A DNA stretch of 63,347 nt, filler included. It is 9 parts of 9 records of this genome, joined end to end, with 100 filler letters (N's around TTAATTAATTAA, not from the genome) between each part and the next. Parts side by side here need not be neighbours in the genome. Positions count along the whole stretch, not along the records: positions 1 to 10,835 come from SRR31147125_18094; positions 10,936 to 19,661 come from SRR31147125_18105; positions 19,762 to 24,798 come from SRR31147125_18150; positions 24,899 to 30,293 come from SRR31147125_18155; 5 more parts are not named here. One strand, written 5' to 3'. The first letter of the stretch is position 1; each line of letters begins with the position of its first letter. A model generated the notes under the pieces. The model saw nothing but the letters and a program-made list of their open reading frames with translations, was not told where the DNA came from and made no database searches. Below, piece after piece: positions 10,401 through 25,913 of this stretch. Made by a program: the position numbers and the translations under genes.

Positions 10401-10643
10401 CACTAGGGGAACCAAATCTGAAAATATTGAAGGACAACTATGAACTGAACTATTTGACGTTTGATGCTGAGGATCAGCATCAACTCCTCTCAACAATTCG
10501 GGTCTAACAACTATTGGTGAGGAAGATGGAGCTACACTTATCGTCTTGCCTTGACCAGCAATATGAGGTACCGAGGTACTCCCTATCTGTTTAGAAGGCG
10601 AAACTCTGGGATTAGGCCCGAGTCCCACTTTTAGTCCTGCCAT
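7497..10643 (-). CDS. Large orphan protein, 1048 aa, with C-terminal PD-(D/E)XK (restriction-endonuclease-fold) nuclease domain
   Basis: C-terminus has AHAELE...RTPDFLV...AVEIKS...AAEQ...IVLYID; basic patch KKSREKAAKKKRK at aa ~150-162. Confidence 0.75.
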   Translation of the reverse strand: MAGLKVGLGPNPRVSPSKQIGSTSVPHIAGQGKTISVAPSSSPIVVRPELLRGVDADPQHQTSNSSVHSCPSIFSDLVPLVGSRDSDAVEFQIELARRLRDLGPGQVAEELSRDLGPLSQLPIFDFVLKALTPDGGEVEIETDQMLLMGKKSREKAAKKKRKQTGGEDDKYPRILINGDYVHITPEGVQINHDKREPFFAYVVKIHRDVRDGARKEVVYRKILRMIDVVKENGTDAEYMRAALVASVGDDQAEQEFTEIDLGDITYEWGREFSNRSLTRIFGDLSFIPTEHGMWTELYQLWERYESGERGEVIYELTLRMVEYANILRDEVQFVDGKAIFGPIVFDDDKLLELFNGCIDYEIAKLTKRRVGLTRRDREYIAHFLPVNRAGRAWLDRTDIDEELKKKMALVYFLGNDGIVVEYFGAQENVTLGVAETEAAVTKLHSEFVESRFSGQAVQRSAPLSEPVADVRFRRITNLMHFWGLWRDQEEGELMPSISYNLFHDLRKHVSFYASTRGRAVALVGEARIREGGDLESHWQDNEYMIDYLSDESEDHNVRVMVFDLFIQVAKFDLDYFEEIVRLVKQNRDDSRRLRREVRRAYVEHIPYADQLMRTIKEELESEESPTFIATKLFHSIERQSDAVGKAWRLIMRSVRGDKRDVVRESFVGAISALDNDEELLSVWVTSLGDAMSEREVRERIAAYDPANDPSGIIFQRLLQDVAFPYDQSFDINRAEVAGVASLAIQSDVMSAFRSATTYLLPNEWEYLIASIVNLRSETVRAVRSFSGQDVPAFLRERYSLFRNGNLNNAISGITSILQGEYTEGSALAMREMIRAAIDDRSFDSFYSVLEIGDFVNRHNGDYRDIVEYLFTAAMGYVNSEQVHGDLLGLLHRRYLGGERGAHAELETLERYIEEGKSIRILRPDPSARERTPDFLVFNGGVPEAVEIKSRRWEGSESFRDLTSALFSAAEQISSFSRRTRYDEINGRIVLYIDSHDEPSKRRELLGLLAEEIRRRIDTFDSVNSVDVYFVRSSHKSWIVDSEHHFELR

Positions 10644-10667
10644 AATTAACCTCTTAGTTGAGTCTAA

Positions 10668-10729
10668 CTATCGGCAAACACCTATATTTGTTGCGTTTTT
10701 CAGGAATTTAGCGTTGTCAGAATGACAAC
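10668..10729 (-). promoter_or_regulatory. Sigma28-like promoter with upstream inverted-repeat operator (copy 2)
   Basis: Minus strand reads GTTGTCATTCTGACAACGC-N15-CGCAAC-N14-GCCGATAG. The operator GTTGTCA-N3-TGACAAC is a perfect inverted repeat. Confidence 0.7.
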
Positions 10730-10805
10730 AAGTTTGTGAATAGTAATTTGTGAGTCGTGAATAGTAGGGAGTTCAGTATGCCTCATCCCTAAGCTTATTC
10801 GCCAC

Positions 10806-10966
10806 TGTCATTCCTGCGAAGGCAGGAATCCAGTGNNNNNNNNNNNNNNNNNNNNNNNNNNNNNNNNNNNNNNNNNNNNTTAATTAATTAANNNNNNNNN
10901 NNNNNNNNNNNNNNNNNNNNNNNNNNNNNNNNNNNCTAGATCCTCGGATCAAGTCCGAGGATGACG
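10806..10966. repeat. Palindromic REP-like element spanning the first gap
   Basis: Left GTCATTCCTGCGAAGGCAGGAATCCAG and right CTAGATCCTCGGATCAAGTCCGAGGATGAC look like two halves of one element, suggesting contigs 1 and 2 are adjacent. Confidence 0.65.
10836..10935. other. Artificial contig spacer
   Basis: N run with TTAATTAATTAA linker. Confidence 0.98.
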
Positions 10967-10986
10967 TAAAAAAATGGCCACAATTC

Positions 10987-12348
10987 CTACTTCTCTTCAT
11001 TATCAATTAAAGATGTCTGATAATCTCCAGAGAAACAAGCATCACAATACCATTCTCTTGGCTTCTCTTTATCAAACCAGTAGAGGCCCTCATAATTTAG
11101 ATACCCCAATGAATCAGCTGTTGTAAAATCGCAAATTTCATCTACTGATTTGTGAGCTCCAATAAGTTCTTCTCTCGTCGGAGTATCTATACCATAATAA
11201 CAGGGCCATGCAGTTGGTGGAGAGGAAATTCTTAGATGAATTTCTTTTGCGCCAGCCTTCCTAAGCATATTGACAATCTTTTTACTTGTCGTTCCCCTAA
11301 CTATCGAATCATCAACAACAACAATCCTTTTACCCTCTAAAAGTTCACGAAGAGGATTCAACTTTATTTTCACTCCGAAATGACGAATCTCATTTTCAGG
11401 CTCAATAAAAGTTCTGCCAACATAGTGATTCCTAATCAGCCCAAGTTCAAAAGGAATACCGCTCTCTTCTGAATAACCTATGGCAGCAGGAACTCCAGAA
11501 TCAGGAACGGGGATAACCATATCAGCTTCAACTGGATGATCTTTTGCTAACTGGCGACCAAAACCCTTTCTCATTTCATAAACATTTCTTCCAAAAACCA
11601 AACTATCAGGCCTAGAAAAATAGATGTATTCAAAAATACACAAGTGATTTTTCTTTGGTTTATCAAAAGGTTTATAAGATTTCATTCCCTCTTCATCTAC
11701 GACTATGATTTCGCCAGGCTCAACCTCACGAATATACTCGGCTTCAACCAAATCCAGAGCACAGGTCTCAGATGCGGCAACTATAGCATCTCCAAGCTTT
11801 CCAAGAACCAGCGGTCTAAAACCACCTGGATCTCTAGCAACAATCATCGACTTTTCATCTAGAAAGACTAGTGAATATGCGCCCACCACCTGCTTTAAAG
11901 CGTCGACAATTTTGTCTTCAAAAGTCTTCTTTTTTGATAATGCAATTAGATGCATTATCACTTCAGAATCCATAGTCGATTGAAAGATCGACCCCTCAGA
12001 TTCCAGCTTATTTCTTATATGACTCGCATTTGTAAGATTACCATTGTGTGCCAGCGCCATAGTTCCATCTTGATATTCAATAATAAATGGCTGTGCATTC
12101 TTTCTCTCTGATGATCCCGCTGTTGAATACCTAACGTGGCCAACAGCACTATTGCCGGGCAATTTATCCAAAACGGGTTGAGTAAAAATATCGGCAACTA
12201 ACCCCATCTCTCTGTACTGATGAAGTGTTTCTCCAGTGGAAGTAGCAATTCCAGCACTCTCTTGCCCCCTGTGTTGCAATGCATAGAGACAAAGATACGC
12301 CAGATTTGCCGATTCAGGATGACCATAGATTCCTACAATTCCACACAT
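10987..12348 (-). CDS. purF: Amidophosphoribosyltransferase
   Basis: N-terminal [18 protein letters not shown] and PRPP motif [12 protein letters not shown]. Confidence 0.97.
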   Translation of the reverse strand: MCGIVGIYGHPESANLAYLCLYALQHRGQESAGIATSTGETLHQYREMGLVADIFTQPVLDKLPGNSAVGHVRYSTAGSSERKNAQPFIIEYQDGTMALAHNGNLTNASHIRNKLESEGSIFQSTMDSEVIMHLIALSKKKTFEDKIVDALKQVVGAYSLVFLDEKSMIVARDPGGFRPLVLGKLGDAIVAASETCALDLVEAEYIREVEPGEIIVVDEEGMKSYKPFDKPKKNHLCIFEYIYFSRPDSLVFGRNVYEMRKGFGRQLAKDHPVEADMVIPVPDSGVPAAIGYSEESGIPFELGLIRNHYVGRTFIEPENEIRHFGVKIKLNPLRELLEGKRIVVVDDSIVRGTTSKKIVNMLRKAGAKEIHLRISSPPTAWPCYYGIDTPTREELIGAHKSVDEICDFTTADSLGYLNYEGLYWFDKEKPREWYCDACFSGDYQTSLIDNEEK

Positions 12349-12360
12349 GTAAACCTCGAT

Positions 12361-14574
12361 TTAGGATTCAACTATACTTGGTATAGCTTTTTCCCATTTA
12401 GCTTTTAAGTTATTTAGATCGATATCGATTAAATTATTTACAGAAAGTTTCTCACCACTAACCATACCAATTGACTTAGCGGGGCAATTTAATGACTGAG
12501 CTATACTTAATAAAGTTTGAGCGTTTCCAGGAGAAACCGAAACTAATATCCTCTCAGGAGCTTCACCAAAGAGCATAACATCAGACCTTACTTCTTCATT
12601 AATCTCAACTGTTGCTCCGACAGCATTTTCACCAGTCATACATGATTCAAGAAGTGCTATAGCCAGTCCACCATCGCTAATATCATGAGCCGATTTTATC
12701 AACCCCCTCTTTATTCCAGTCAAACACGCGCTAATAACTGCCTGACCTCTGTCAAAATCAAGTGTTGGTGGAGCACCTTTAACAATACCGTGGACCTTTT
12801 CTAAATAGGTTGTTCCACCTAGTTCATTGCGATTCTCACCAAGGACAATAATAACATCACCTTCGTCTTTAAAATATTGTGTTGTGTGATGATTTAAATC
12901 TTCAAGCAGACCAACCATACCAACCGCAGGAGTTGGGTATATAGGCACACCATTTGTTTCATTGTAAAAACTGACATTACCACTAACAACCGGAGTATTA
13001 TATCTACGGCAAGCTTCTGACATTCCCAAAACAGCCTGCTCAAATTGCCACATAATCTCTGGCTTTTCTGGATTACCAAAATTCAAGCAATCAGTGATTG
13101 CCAACCCCTTAGCTCCACTACAAGCCAAGTTTTTAACAGACTCGAAAACAGCCAATGCTGCACCCCAATAAGGATCTAAATAGCAATACCTGCTGTTACA
13201 ATCGACAGTCATTCCCACGCCCTTTTGAGTCCCTTTGACTCTCATAACTCCGGCATCAGAACCAGGCATCACAACACTATCCGTTCCAACCATATGATCG
13301 TATTGTGTATAGACCCAAGCCTTGGAAGCATATGAAGGATCAGTGATTATTGCCTCTAAAGCCTGATTATAATCAGAAGGTTCATTAACTGAATTCAGAT
13401 CGAATGTCTGCAACTCAGCCATCTCCTCAGATTTTTTGATTGGGCGTTTATATTCAGGAGCAGCATGTGCAACAGGTGCAATAGGCATATCGACAACAAC
13501 TTCACCATGCCATTCGATTATCATCCTTCCTGTATCAGTCACTTCACCAACAACGACAGCCTCTAAATCCCACTTATCGAAAATCTTCTTAATGACATCT
13601 TCTCTTCCCTTATCAACAACCATCAACATTCTCTCTTGCGATTCCGAAAGAAGAAGTTCGTATGGTGTCATCCCCTCTTCGCGTTGAGGAACAACATCAA
13701 GATTCATTTTGATTCCAGTTCCGGATCTTGAAGCCATTTCAAAAGAAGAACTCGTCAAACCTGCAGCTCCCATATCCTGAATTCCAACAATAACGTCTGT
13801 TTCAAAGGCTTCCATACAAGCTTCAAGAAGAAGCTTCTCTGTAAAAGGATCTCCAACCTGAACGGTTGGTCTCTTCTCTTCACTATCTTCGTTAAATTCG
13901 TCACTGGCCATTGTTGCACCGTGAATCCCATCGCGGCCAGTCTTTGAACCAACGTATATCACAGGGTTACCTACACCTGATGCATATCCTCGGAAGATTT
14001 TATCATGAGCAACTATGCCAGCCGTGAAAGCATTAACCAAGTTATTACCATTATAACTTGCATCAAAACTTGTCTCGCCACCTACTGTTGGGATCCCCAT
14101 GCAGTTTCCATAAGCAGCAATTCCTGCAACCACACCTTTTAACAAATATGGAGTTTTAAAATGTGAAGCCTCACCAAAACGTAGCGAATTTAGATTTGCT
14201 ATAGGCCTTGCACCCATTGTAAAGACGTCTCTAAGAATCCCGCCAACTCCAGTTGCCGCGCCTTGAAAAGGTTCAATAAAGGATGGGTGGTTATGAGATT
14301 CCATCTTAAATGCAACTGCCAGGTTGTCACCGATATCAACGATACCAGCATTTTCACCCGGTCCTTGAAGAACATGAGAACCCGTTGTAGGCATCTTTTT
14401 TAGATGAACCTTTGAACTTTTATAGCTACAGTGTTCAGACCACATGACAGAGAAAATACCAAGCTCTGCAATATTCGGTTTTCTACCAAGAAGTTCTTCA
14501 ATTTTATTATACTCTTCCTGACTTAAACCATGCTCCTTAATCACTTCTTCCGTTACAACAGTATCTTGTTTCAT
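12361..14574 (-). CDS. purL: Phosphoribosylformylglycinamidine synthase subunit PurL
   Basis: [34 protein letters not shown] and HDISDGG. Confidence 0.97.
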   Translation of the reverse strand: MKQDTVVTEEVIKEHGLSQEEYNKIEELLGRKPNIAELGIFSVMWSEHCSYKSSKVHLKKMPTTGSHVLQGPGENAGIVDIGDNLAVAFKMESHNHPSFIEPFQGAATGVGGILRDVFTMGARPIANLNSLRFGEASHFKTPYLLKGVVAGIAAYGNCMGIPTVGGETSFDASYNGNNLVNAFTAGIVAHDKIFRGYASGVGNPVIYVGSKTGRDGIHGATMASDEFNEDSEEKRPTVQVGDPFTEKLLLEACMEAFETDVIVGIQDMGAAGLTSSSFEMASRSGTGIKMNLDVVPQREEGMTPYELLLSESQERMLMVVDKGREDVIKKIFDKWDLEAVVVGEVTDTGRMIIEWHGEVVVDMPIAPVAHAAPEYKRPIKKSEEMAELQTFDLNSVNEPSDYNQALEAIITDPSYASKAWVYTQYDHMVGTDSVVMPGSDAGVMRVKGTQKGVGMTVDCNSRYCYLDPYWGAALAVFESVKNLACSGAKGLAITDCLNFGNPEKPEIMWQFEQAVLGMSEACRRYNTPVVSGNVSFYNETNGVPIYPTPAVGMVGLLEDLNHHTTQYFKDEGDVIIVLGENRNELGGTTYLEKVHGIVKGAPPTLDFDRGQAVISACLTGIKRGLIKSAHDISDGGLAIALLESCMTGENAVGATVEINEEVRSDVMLFGEAPERILVSVSPGNAQTLLSIAQSLNCPAKSIGMVSGEKLSVNNLIDIDLNNLKAKWEKAIPSIVES

Positions 14575-14612
14575 AATTAAACCCTATTGATTTGAATTAC
14601 ACCGGTTAACTG

Positions 14613-15305
14613 TTAACTACTAAAATGATGAATTAATGATTCGAAAAGATCTCTTCCATCTACACCTGATAAAATTTCTTCACTGCATCTCTCAGGATGA
14701 GGCATCATCCCTAAGATATTGCCGTCTTTATTACAAACGCCTGCAATGTTATCAACTGATCCATTTGGGTTGGCTTCGTCTGTTACATTGCCTTTTTCAT
14801 CGCAATACCTGAAGACTATCTGATTATTTTCTTTTAAGCTCTCTAGAGATTCATCGTCGATAAAATAATTGCCATCCATGTGAGCAATTGGAACTCTAAG
14901 GACATCACCAACATTATACTTATTTGTATAAGGCGTTTTATTATTTTCAACTCTGAGATAGATATCTTTACAGATAAATTTAAGACCCGTATTTTGCATC
15001 AATGCACCAGGCAGAAGACCTGTTTCGACGAGAACCTGAAAGCCATTACATATTCCCAAAAGATAGCCACCACTTTTAGCGAAATCGATAACTGACTTAA
15101 CAATTGGAGATCTCGAAGCAATTGCGCCTGCTCTCAAATAATCACCATAGGAAAAACCGCCTGGCAAAACAATACAGTCAGCACCCTTTAGATCAACCTC
15201 TTTATGCCAAAGAAACTCGGCCTCTTTACCACAAACACCCGTTAGTACATGGTGACAATCTCTGTCACAATTCGAACCAGGAAAAACAACGACACCGAAT
15301 TTCAT
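14613..15305 (-). CDS. purQ: Phosphoribosylformylglycinamidine synthase subunit PurQ
   Basis: [25 protein letters not shown] and MMPHPER. Confidence 0.97.
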   Translation of the reverse strand: MKFGVVVFPGSNCDRDCHHVLTGVCGKEAEFLWHKEVDLKGADCIVLPGGFSYGDYLRAGAIASRSPIVKSVIDFAKSGGYLLGICNGFQVLVETGLLPGALMQNTGLKFICKDIYLRVENNKTPYTNKYNVGDVLRVPIAHMDGNYFIDDESLESLKENNQIVFRYCDEKGNVTDEANPNGSVDNIAGVCNKDGNILGMMPHPERCSEEILSGVDGRDLFESLIHHFSS

Positions 15306-15320
15306 TTCACACTCCTTAAA

Positions 15321-16687
15321 TTATTGGTTCGCGGCCTTCGCGCCTAAACCAAGAATTGATTTTACATCATCGTCTGTAATTCTCAAACCAGCACCAACAA
15401 ACCAATCGGTTGGCTGATATGGATTCAACATATCATCAGCACCACCAACCAGGTAAAAACCCTTGAAAATATCAACATTTGCCATTGCTTTTAAGTGGGG
15501 CTTTTCTCCGAATCTTGAACCAAAATCAAACGCGCTAAAACTAGCTCCAACTGGACCTTTCTGATAATCGATACCTAAACCACCGCTCGACTCGATGATA
15601 CCGCCTCTGAATCTAAAGTCATAAAACTTCTTAGCGAGCATTGCTGAAAATTTAAACTTGGAACGATCAATTGTTGCTGTATCAGTTTGGACAGTTGATG
15701 TTGTTCCGCCAGCTGTAATAGTTACGTCACGCTCAACCCAGGACGGTCTTGGATCAGGATCTGAAATAAACTCGAACAAGAAAGCTTCGTCAGGTGTAGG
15801 TTTTAAATCCAAATGAACATAATGTTTAACCTCTTTGCTATTACCAAGATACTCAGCGTGATAACCAATATCAGTTTCAAGTCTCTTCATTCCACCTAAT
15901 GTCTCATTTAGATTATCGATTGCTTCATTTAAATTATTAATGGTTGTTTCATCATTAACGAGTCTACCCAAAGTACCTTTTCCCTCGTTAACCTTCTGAG
16001 TTATATCTGAAATATTCGCCACTGTAGATTCTATATCGTACCTACTTCTCTGAACAACTCTCTGCAACTGATCTGTAAGAATTGCCATATTACTGATTAC
16101 ACGATTCAGATTCTGTTCATTCTTCAAAGTTATATCTGTAAGAGCAGCGGTGAACTTATCGAGGTTGTTTACAGTTTTATAGATAGGTGAATCTTTATCG
16201 GCTTCGTCAGTACCTCGAAGAGCAGAAGAGACAGATTTTATATCTCTGGCAATGTCATTAAACTGGCCCATCAACATATTGAGATCACCTCTGACACCAC
16301 CATAAGGAATGTCGGTACCTTTTTCTAAATAGAGTTCCCCTGTCCCAGGAACAATTTCGATATAAGTCTGACCTAGAAAACCTTTTGATCTAACATAGGC
16401 AACTGTGCCATCAGGCAAAGCAACTTTACGGTTCAGTAAAAGTGTAACCATAGCTTGATGATCATCAGCCAATTTGATTTTCTTAACGACACCTATTTGA
16501 ATTCCAGCGATTTCAACAGGCGTTTTATTTTTAATACCAATGGCACTCTTCATTACTACGTCCATGGTATAACCACCACCCGCAACAATCGAACGATCAC
16601 CCACCTTGATAGTGAAAACTATAATTATCGCCAAACAGATAACAGAAAAAATACCAACTTTTGCTTCAGCACTAAGCTTTTTAGCAT
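15321..16687 (-). CDS. mlaD: MCE/MlaD family protein with long helical and C-terminal beta-rich extension
   Basis: MCE domain (PVEIAGIQIGVV, KGFLGQTYIEIVPG) and GKGTLGRLVND. In-frame KLSAEAKVGIF upstream of the called start points to a true ATG at 16687, separated by a 1-nt slip in an A run. Confidence 0.8.
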
Positions 16688-16697
16688 ACTTTCCCCT

Positions 16698-17446
16698 CTA
16701 ATGAATGCCGTTAGCATTACCAGTCAGAAAACTTTGAACAAATGGATGCTTTGATTTTCTAAACATCTCCGGTGCTCCCTCTTCAATCACTTTTCCCTTT
16801 TCAATCATTGCAATATTATCTGCAATTTTGAAGGCGGAATTAATATCATGACTAATAACAACATTCGTAATATTCAAATGTCTTTGTGTATTTAAAATTA
16901 ATTGATCAACCGAATCGGTCATCAAAGGATCAAGACCTGTCGTCGGTTCATCATACAAAATAATTTCAGGCTCCAAAGCAATAGCCCTGGCAAGCCCAAC
17001 TCTCTTCTTCATACCACCAGACAATTCAGACGGCATTTTCCGTCCTATATCTTTCAAACCAACTAACTCCAACTTCTCTTTAACTATTTTTTTATCGAGG
17101 CTTTATCAAGCGCAGAATGTTCAACCAGCGGAAAAGCAACATTGTCAAAAACACTTAAAGAGTCAAAAAGAGCTGCTCCTTGAAACAGCATCCCAAACTT
17201 TTCTCTAAAAAAAGTAAGGTCTGAAGATTCTAGAGTTTGAATATCCACACCATCAACAAAGACCTTACCACTATCCGGCCTGATCAAACCAATCATATGT
17301 TTTAAAAGAACTGACTTTCCAACTCCGCTTCGGCCTAAAATCACAGTGATTTTATTTTTGGGTATCTTTAGGTTTAATGAATCTAGAACCTTCTGTTTCC
17401 CAAAAACCTTACTTACGTTAACGATGTCGATACAAGTCTGATCCAT
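16698..17446 (-). CDS. mlaF: MlaF-type ABC ATPase (frameshift in homopolymer near 17090)
   Basis: Walker A GRSGVGKS and GMLFQGAALFDS in one ORF; LSGGMKKRV and YDEPTTGLDP in the next; junction in a poly-T run. Confidence 0.9.
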
Positions 17447-18277
17447 TTATTGACCTATGCCTCCCTTGACATACTCGAGTATCCACGTCGTTAAAAAATA
17501 ATCCGAAATCAAAACAGTAACAGATGAAATCACAACCGCGCTTGTTGTAGCCCTACCAACACCAGCAGCACCCATCTTTGTGTTATATCCCTGATAACAG
17601 CTGATAAGTGAAATGAAAAAACCAAAAATCGTAGCCTTCAAAAGACCGCCCAGAAAGTCACCTATATCAACATAGTAGTAGAGCTTATCCATAAATGGAC
17701 CTGAAGGAATTGAAAGCAATTCAACACCGACAAAATAGGCACCAACGACAGCCACAAAACAGAAAAGACCAGTCAATAGTGGTGTCATAAGGATTGTTGC
17801 AAGGAGCCTTGGAACAACGAGGTAGTGCACCGGATTCACGGCCATCGTATGAAGGGCATCTATCTGTTCTGTAACACGCATTGTACCAAGCTCAGCAGCC
17901 ATCGAAGAACAGCACCTCGCCGTAATCATCAACGCCGTGAAAACTGGGCCGATTTCTCTAGTAATCGAAAGACCGATGGTTGCTCCCACCATGCTCTCAA
18001 CATGAAACATCTGAAAAGCCTTACCGGTTTGTAAAGCAAAAACAGCGCCAACAAAAAAACCAGTTAAGGCGATAATCGGAACTGATCTAACACCGATGAA
18101 TTCCATCTGTTTAAAAATATTTTTAACACGGAGAGGTTTTTTGTACAACCAGGAAAGTGAACGCCAAACGAACATCATCCAGCGCCCAAAAGCTAGAACG
18201 ATCTCAACTAATGAACTCCCAAAGGTTTCTAGGAGAGTCATTATCTTATTTCCAATTGCTTCGCTGTTTACGTTCAT
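17447..18277 (-). CDS. mlaE: MlaE family ABC permease
   Basis: REIGPVFTALM, AELGTMRVTEQIDAL and GVGRATTSAVV. Confidence 0.93.
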   Translation of the reverse strand: MNVNSEAIGNKIMTLLETFGSSLVEIVLAFGRWMMFVWRSLSWLYKKPLRVKNIFKQMEFIGVRSVPIIALTGFFVGAVFALQTGKAFQMFHVESMVGATIGLSITREIGPVFTALMITARCCSSMAAELGTMRVTEQIDALHTMAVNPVHYLVVPRLLATILMTPLLTGLFCFVAVVGAYFVGVELLSIPSGPFMDKLYYYVDIGDFLGGLLKATIFGFFISLISCYQGYNTKMGAAGVGRATTSAVVISSVTVLISDYFLTTWILEYVKGGIGQ

Positions 18278-18299
18278 TTTATATATCCAAACCTATACA

Positions 18300-19436
18300 T
18301 CAATTTTTGTAGATTCTTGGCATTCTTTTAGAAATTCTGCAAAAGAATTCATAAGAAATCGAACCCGACAACTTTGCCAACTCATCAACCGTTATCTCTT
18401 CTTCGCCTTGCTTACCCATTAAAACAACTTCGTCGCCTATCGAAACATCTATGTCTGTCAAATCGACAACTATCATATCCATAGTCACACGGCCAACAAC
18501 CGGAACCCTCCTGCTATTGACCAAAACTTCACCCTTGTTTGAGAGCGACCATGGATAACCATCTGCATAACCGATAGGAATGATGCCGAGCTTAGAATCT
18601 CTCTTGGTAGTAAAAGTGCAATCGTAGCTGACCTTTGTCCCCTTTGGCACTGACTTGATCAAAACAACCGAACTTTTTAGCGACATAACCGGTTTCAGAG
18701 CATTCAATTCATCACTGTTACCTGTCGGTGAAGCTCCATAGAGCATCAAACCCGGTCTAATCCATGTTTTTGAATCGGAATCTGTCTCGATAAACCTTTT
18801 CGCTAGAATTGCTGTACTATTTGCCACATGACAGACTGAAATTGGCCCAAAAACGGCCTCGACCTCGCCCACCGCCTGCTTGAAAATCTCCAGCTGAAAC
18901 TTAGTATAATCCTCATCATTTGCCTCTGCAAAATGAGTCATAATACCTTTAAGTTTTATATACTTACACTCTTTTAGTTTATGAATTAGTTTAGGTAATG
19001 ATGCCGGTAAGATCCCCAGTCTCGTCATGCCTGTATCGATCTTTAGATGGATATCTATAGCCTTACCAGCCGCCTTACTCACTGCTTCAAGATAGTCTAG
19101 GATGTCCTCGCTATGAACAACTGGTGTTAAAGCAGCACCTAGCATCATTCCAGATGCAGGCGACCCCATCCCCATCAAGCCACCCATCACTATAATAGGA
19201 CTTTTTATTCCAGCTTCCCTTAGCTCCAGCCCCTCTTCAACGGTAGCCACTCCAAAACCAGATACACCCTGGCTCTCCAAACGCTTTGAAACTTGAATGG
19301 CACCATGCCCATAGGCGTCAGCCTTCACCATGGCAACAACACCGTCACCATCTGGCAAGGACCCTCTGGCGAGATTATAGTTCTCGACCAGTGCCGAAAG
19401 ATCAATTTCGGCATATGTCGGTCTGAAAAATCCCAT
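18300..19436 (-). CDS. alr: Alanine racemase
   Basis: PLP motif VKADAYGHG, HLKIDTGMTRLG, GYADG and GRVTMD. Confidence 0.96.
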   Translation of the reverse strand: MGFFRPTYAEIDLSALVENYNLARGSLPDGDGVVAMVKADAYGHGAIQVSKRLESQGVSGFGVATVEEGLELREAGIKSPIIVMGGLMGMGSPASGMMLGAALTPVVHSEDILDYLEAVSKAAGKAIDIHLKIDTGMTRLGILPASLPKLIHKLKECKYIKLKGIMTHFAEANDEDYTKFQLEIFKQAVGEVEAVFGPISVCHVANSTAILAKRFIETDSDSKTWIRPGLMLYGASPTGNSDELNALKPVMSLKSSVVLIKSVPKGTKVSYDCTFTTKRDSKLGIIPIGYADGYPWSLSNKGEVLVNSRRVPVVGRVTMDMIVVDLTDIDVSIGDEVVLMGKQGEEEITVDELAKLSGSISYEFFCRISKRMPRIYKN

Positions 19437-19554
19437 TGACTTTCATTTGCCTTTCTGATTCTTAAAGGATTTCAAGCTGTTCAGGGGGCTCTCTATCAAT
19501 TTGAACTAGATTTGTCAATTGCTCAAATAGTACAAATATAAGGATTTTTTGATT

Positions 19555-19661
19555 ATGACTGATACAAAACTCACATTTATTGGCCATTCAACGGTGCTCA
19601 TAGAATCAGGCGATAAGAGACTCATCACGGATCCTCTTTTCAGCGATAAAGTCCTCTTTTT
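19555..19661 (+). CDS. MBL-fold metallo-hydrolase, N-terminal fragment
   Basis: Manual translation MTDTKLTFIGHSTVLIESGDKRLITDPLFS; truncated by the gap. Confidence 0.7.
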
Positions 19662-19761
19662 NNNNNNNNNNNNNNNNNNNNNNNNNNNNNNNNNNNNNNN
19701 NNNNNTTAATTAATTAANNNNNNNNNNNNNNNNNNNNNNNNNNNNNNNNNNNNNNNNNNNN
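19662..19761. other. Artificial contig spacer
   Basis: N run with TTAATTAATTAA linker. Confidence 0.98.
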
Positions 19762-24798
<5,037 letters not shown>

Positions 24799-24898
24799 NN
24801 NNNNNNNNNNNNNNNNNNNNNNNNNNNNNNNNNNNNNNNNNNTTAATTAATTAANNNNNNNNNNNNNNNNNNNNNNNNNNNNNNNNNNNNNNNNNNNN
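24799..24898. other. Artificial contig spacer
   Basis: N run with TTAATTAATTAA linker. Confidence 0.98.
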
Positions 24899-25902
24899 GA
24901 TTCTGTATTCTGAACTGATAATATAGACTCACAACTGATTTTATTTGCGCTATGCTCCAGTTTAATATCGTACGATTTTACTGCAACGTGTTTGTCATCT
25001 ATAAATTCATCATTCAAAATCAGCATCTGCTCCCGCATTTCTCTATCAATCAAAAAAGAATGAACATGTGAATACCCCAGATACAAGCTACCAACAAAAC
25101 AAACTGTCCCGAAAATGAATGAAAACCATCGCATTGTTTCTGAGTGAGGCAAACGCTTTAGTAAAAGAACTGAGTAAAAAATAAAAGCTATTCCAAAGCC
25201 CAAATACATCCCCCGGTGTGTTAGAATAGTTTCAATATTTCCAAAGCCAACAAAATCGGAATATGCCAGAGGAATATTGAATGCCATATAATCAAACAGG
25301 TAATAAAACTTGTCTTGCAAATAAAATAAAGAGATGGCTACATACCCAAGTAAAACCACAAATGTAACTGCCTGATTCCTGATAAGAGACATGATCACAA
25401 AAGACAAGCCCATAATGAAAATTAGGGTAGGAACACTAATCACAATAAAATAATACAAATAACTAATCCAGTTTACTTCTGTATTTTTTGTTGCAAAATT
25501 AAATATGAGTGCAATAAGAAGAATAATAAAATTCAATACAGCAAACACCAAAAGGTTCCCAAGGGTCTTCCCAATTACATATTCCCCATTGGTCATTGGT
25601 CGCATGTAAATTACCTCGGTGGTATCCAGCTTTTTATCACGCTTCAAGAAATCTGAGGCCAGAAAAATAGCAATTACAGCCTGAACGACATTGAGTAATA
25701 ATAGATTAACATATGGTATAAGTGATGGCAAACCTTTAATAGCCCACTCACCCGTTCCTCCATTTGATTCAATTAAAACACCAAAGTTGAAGAACGATAA
25801 AAACACCATTGAGATAATGGCAAATATTCGAAAGAACCAGCTTCGAAGAAGTGTTTTTGTTTCGTAGCGGGCAATGGATTGTATATTGTGAATTGAAATC
25901 AT
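24899..25902 (-). CDS. ABC-2 type permease (3' truncated)
   Basis: Multiple TM segments, RDKKLDTTEVIYMRPM motif, directly downstream of an ABC ATPase. Confidence 0.8.
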
Positions 25903-25913
25903 TGTTTTCGATT

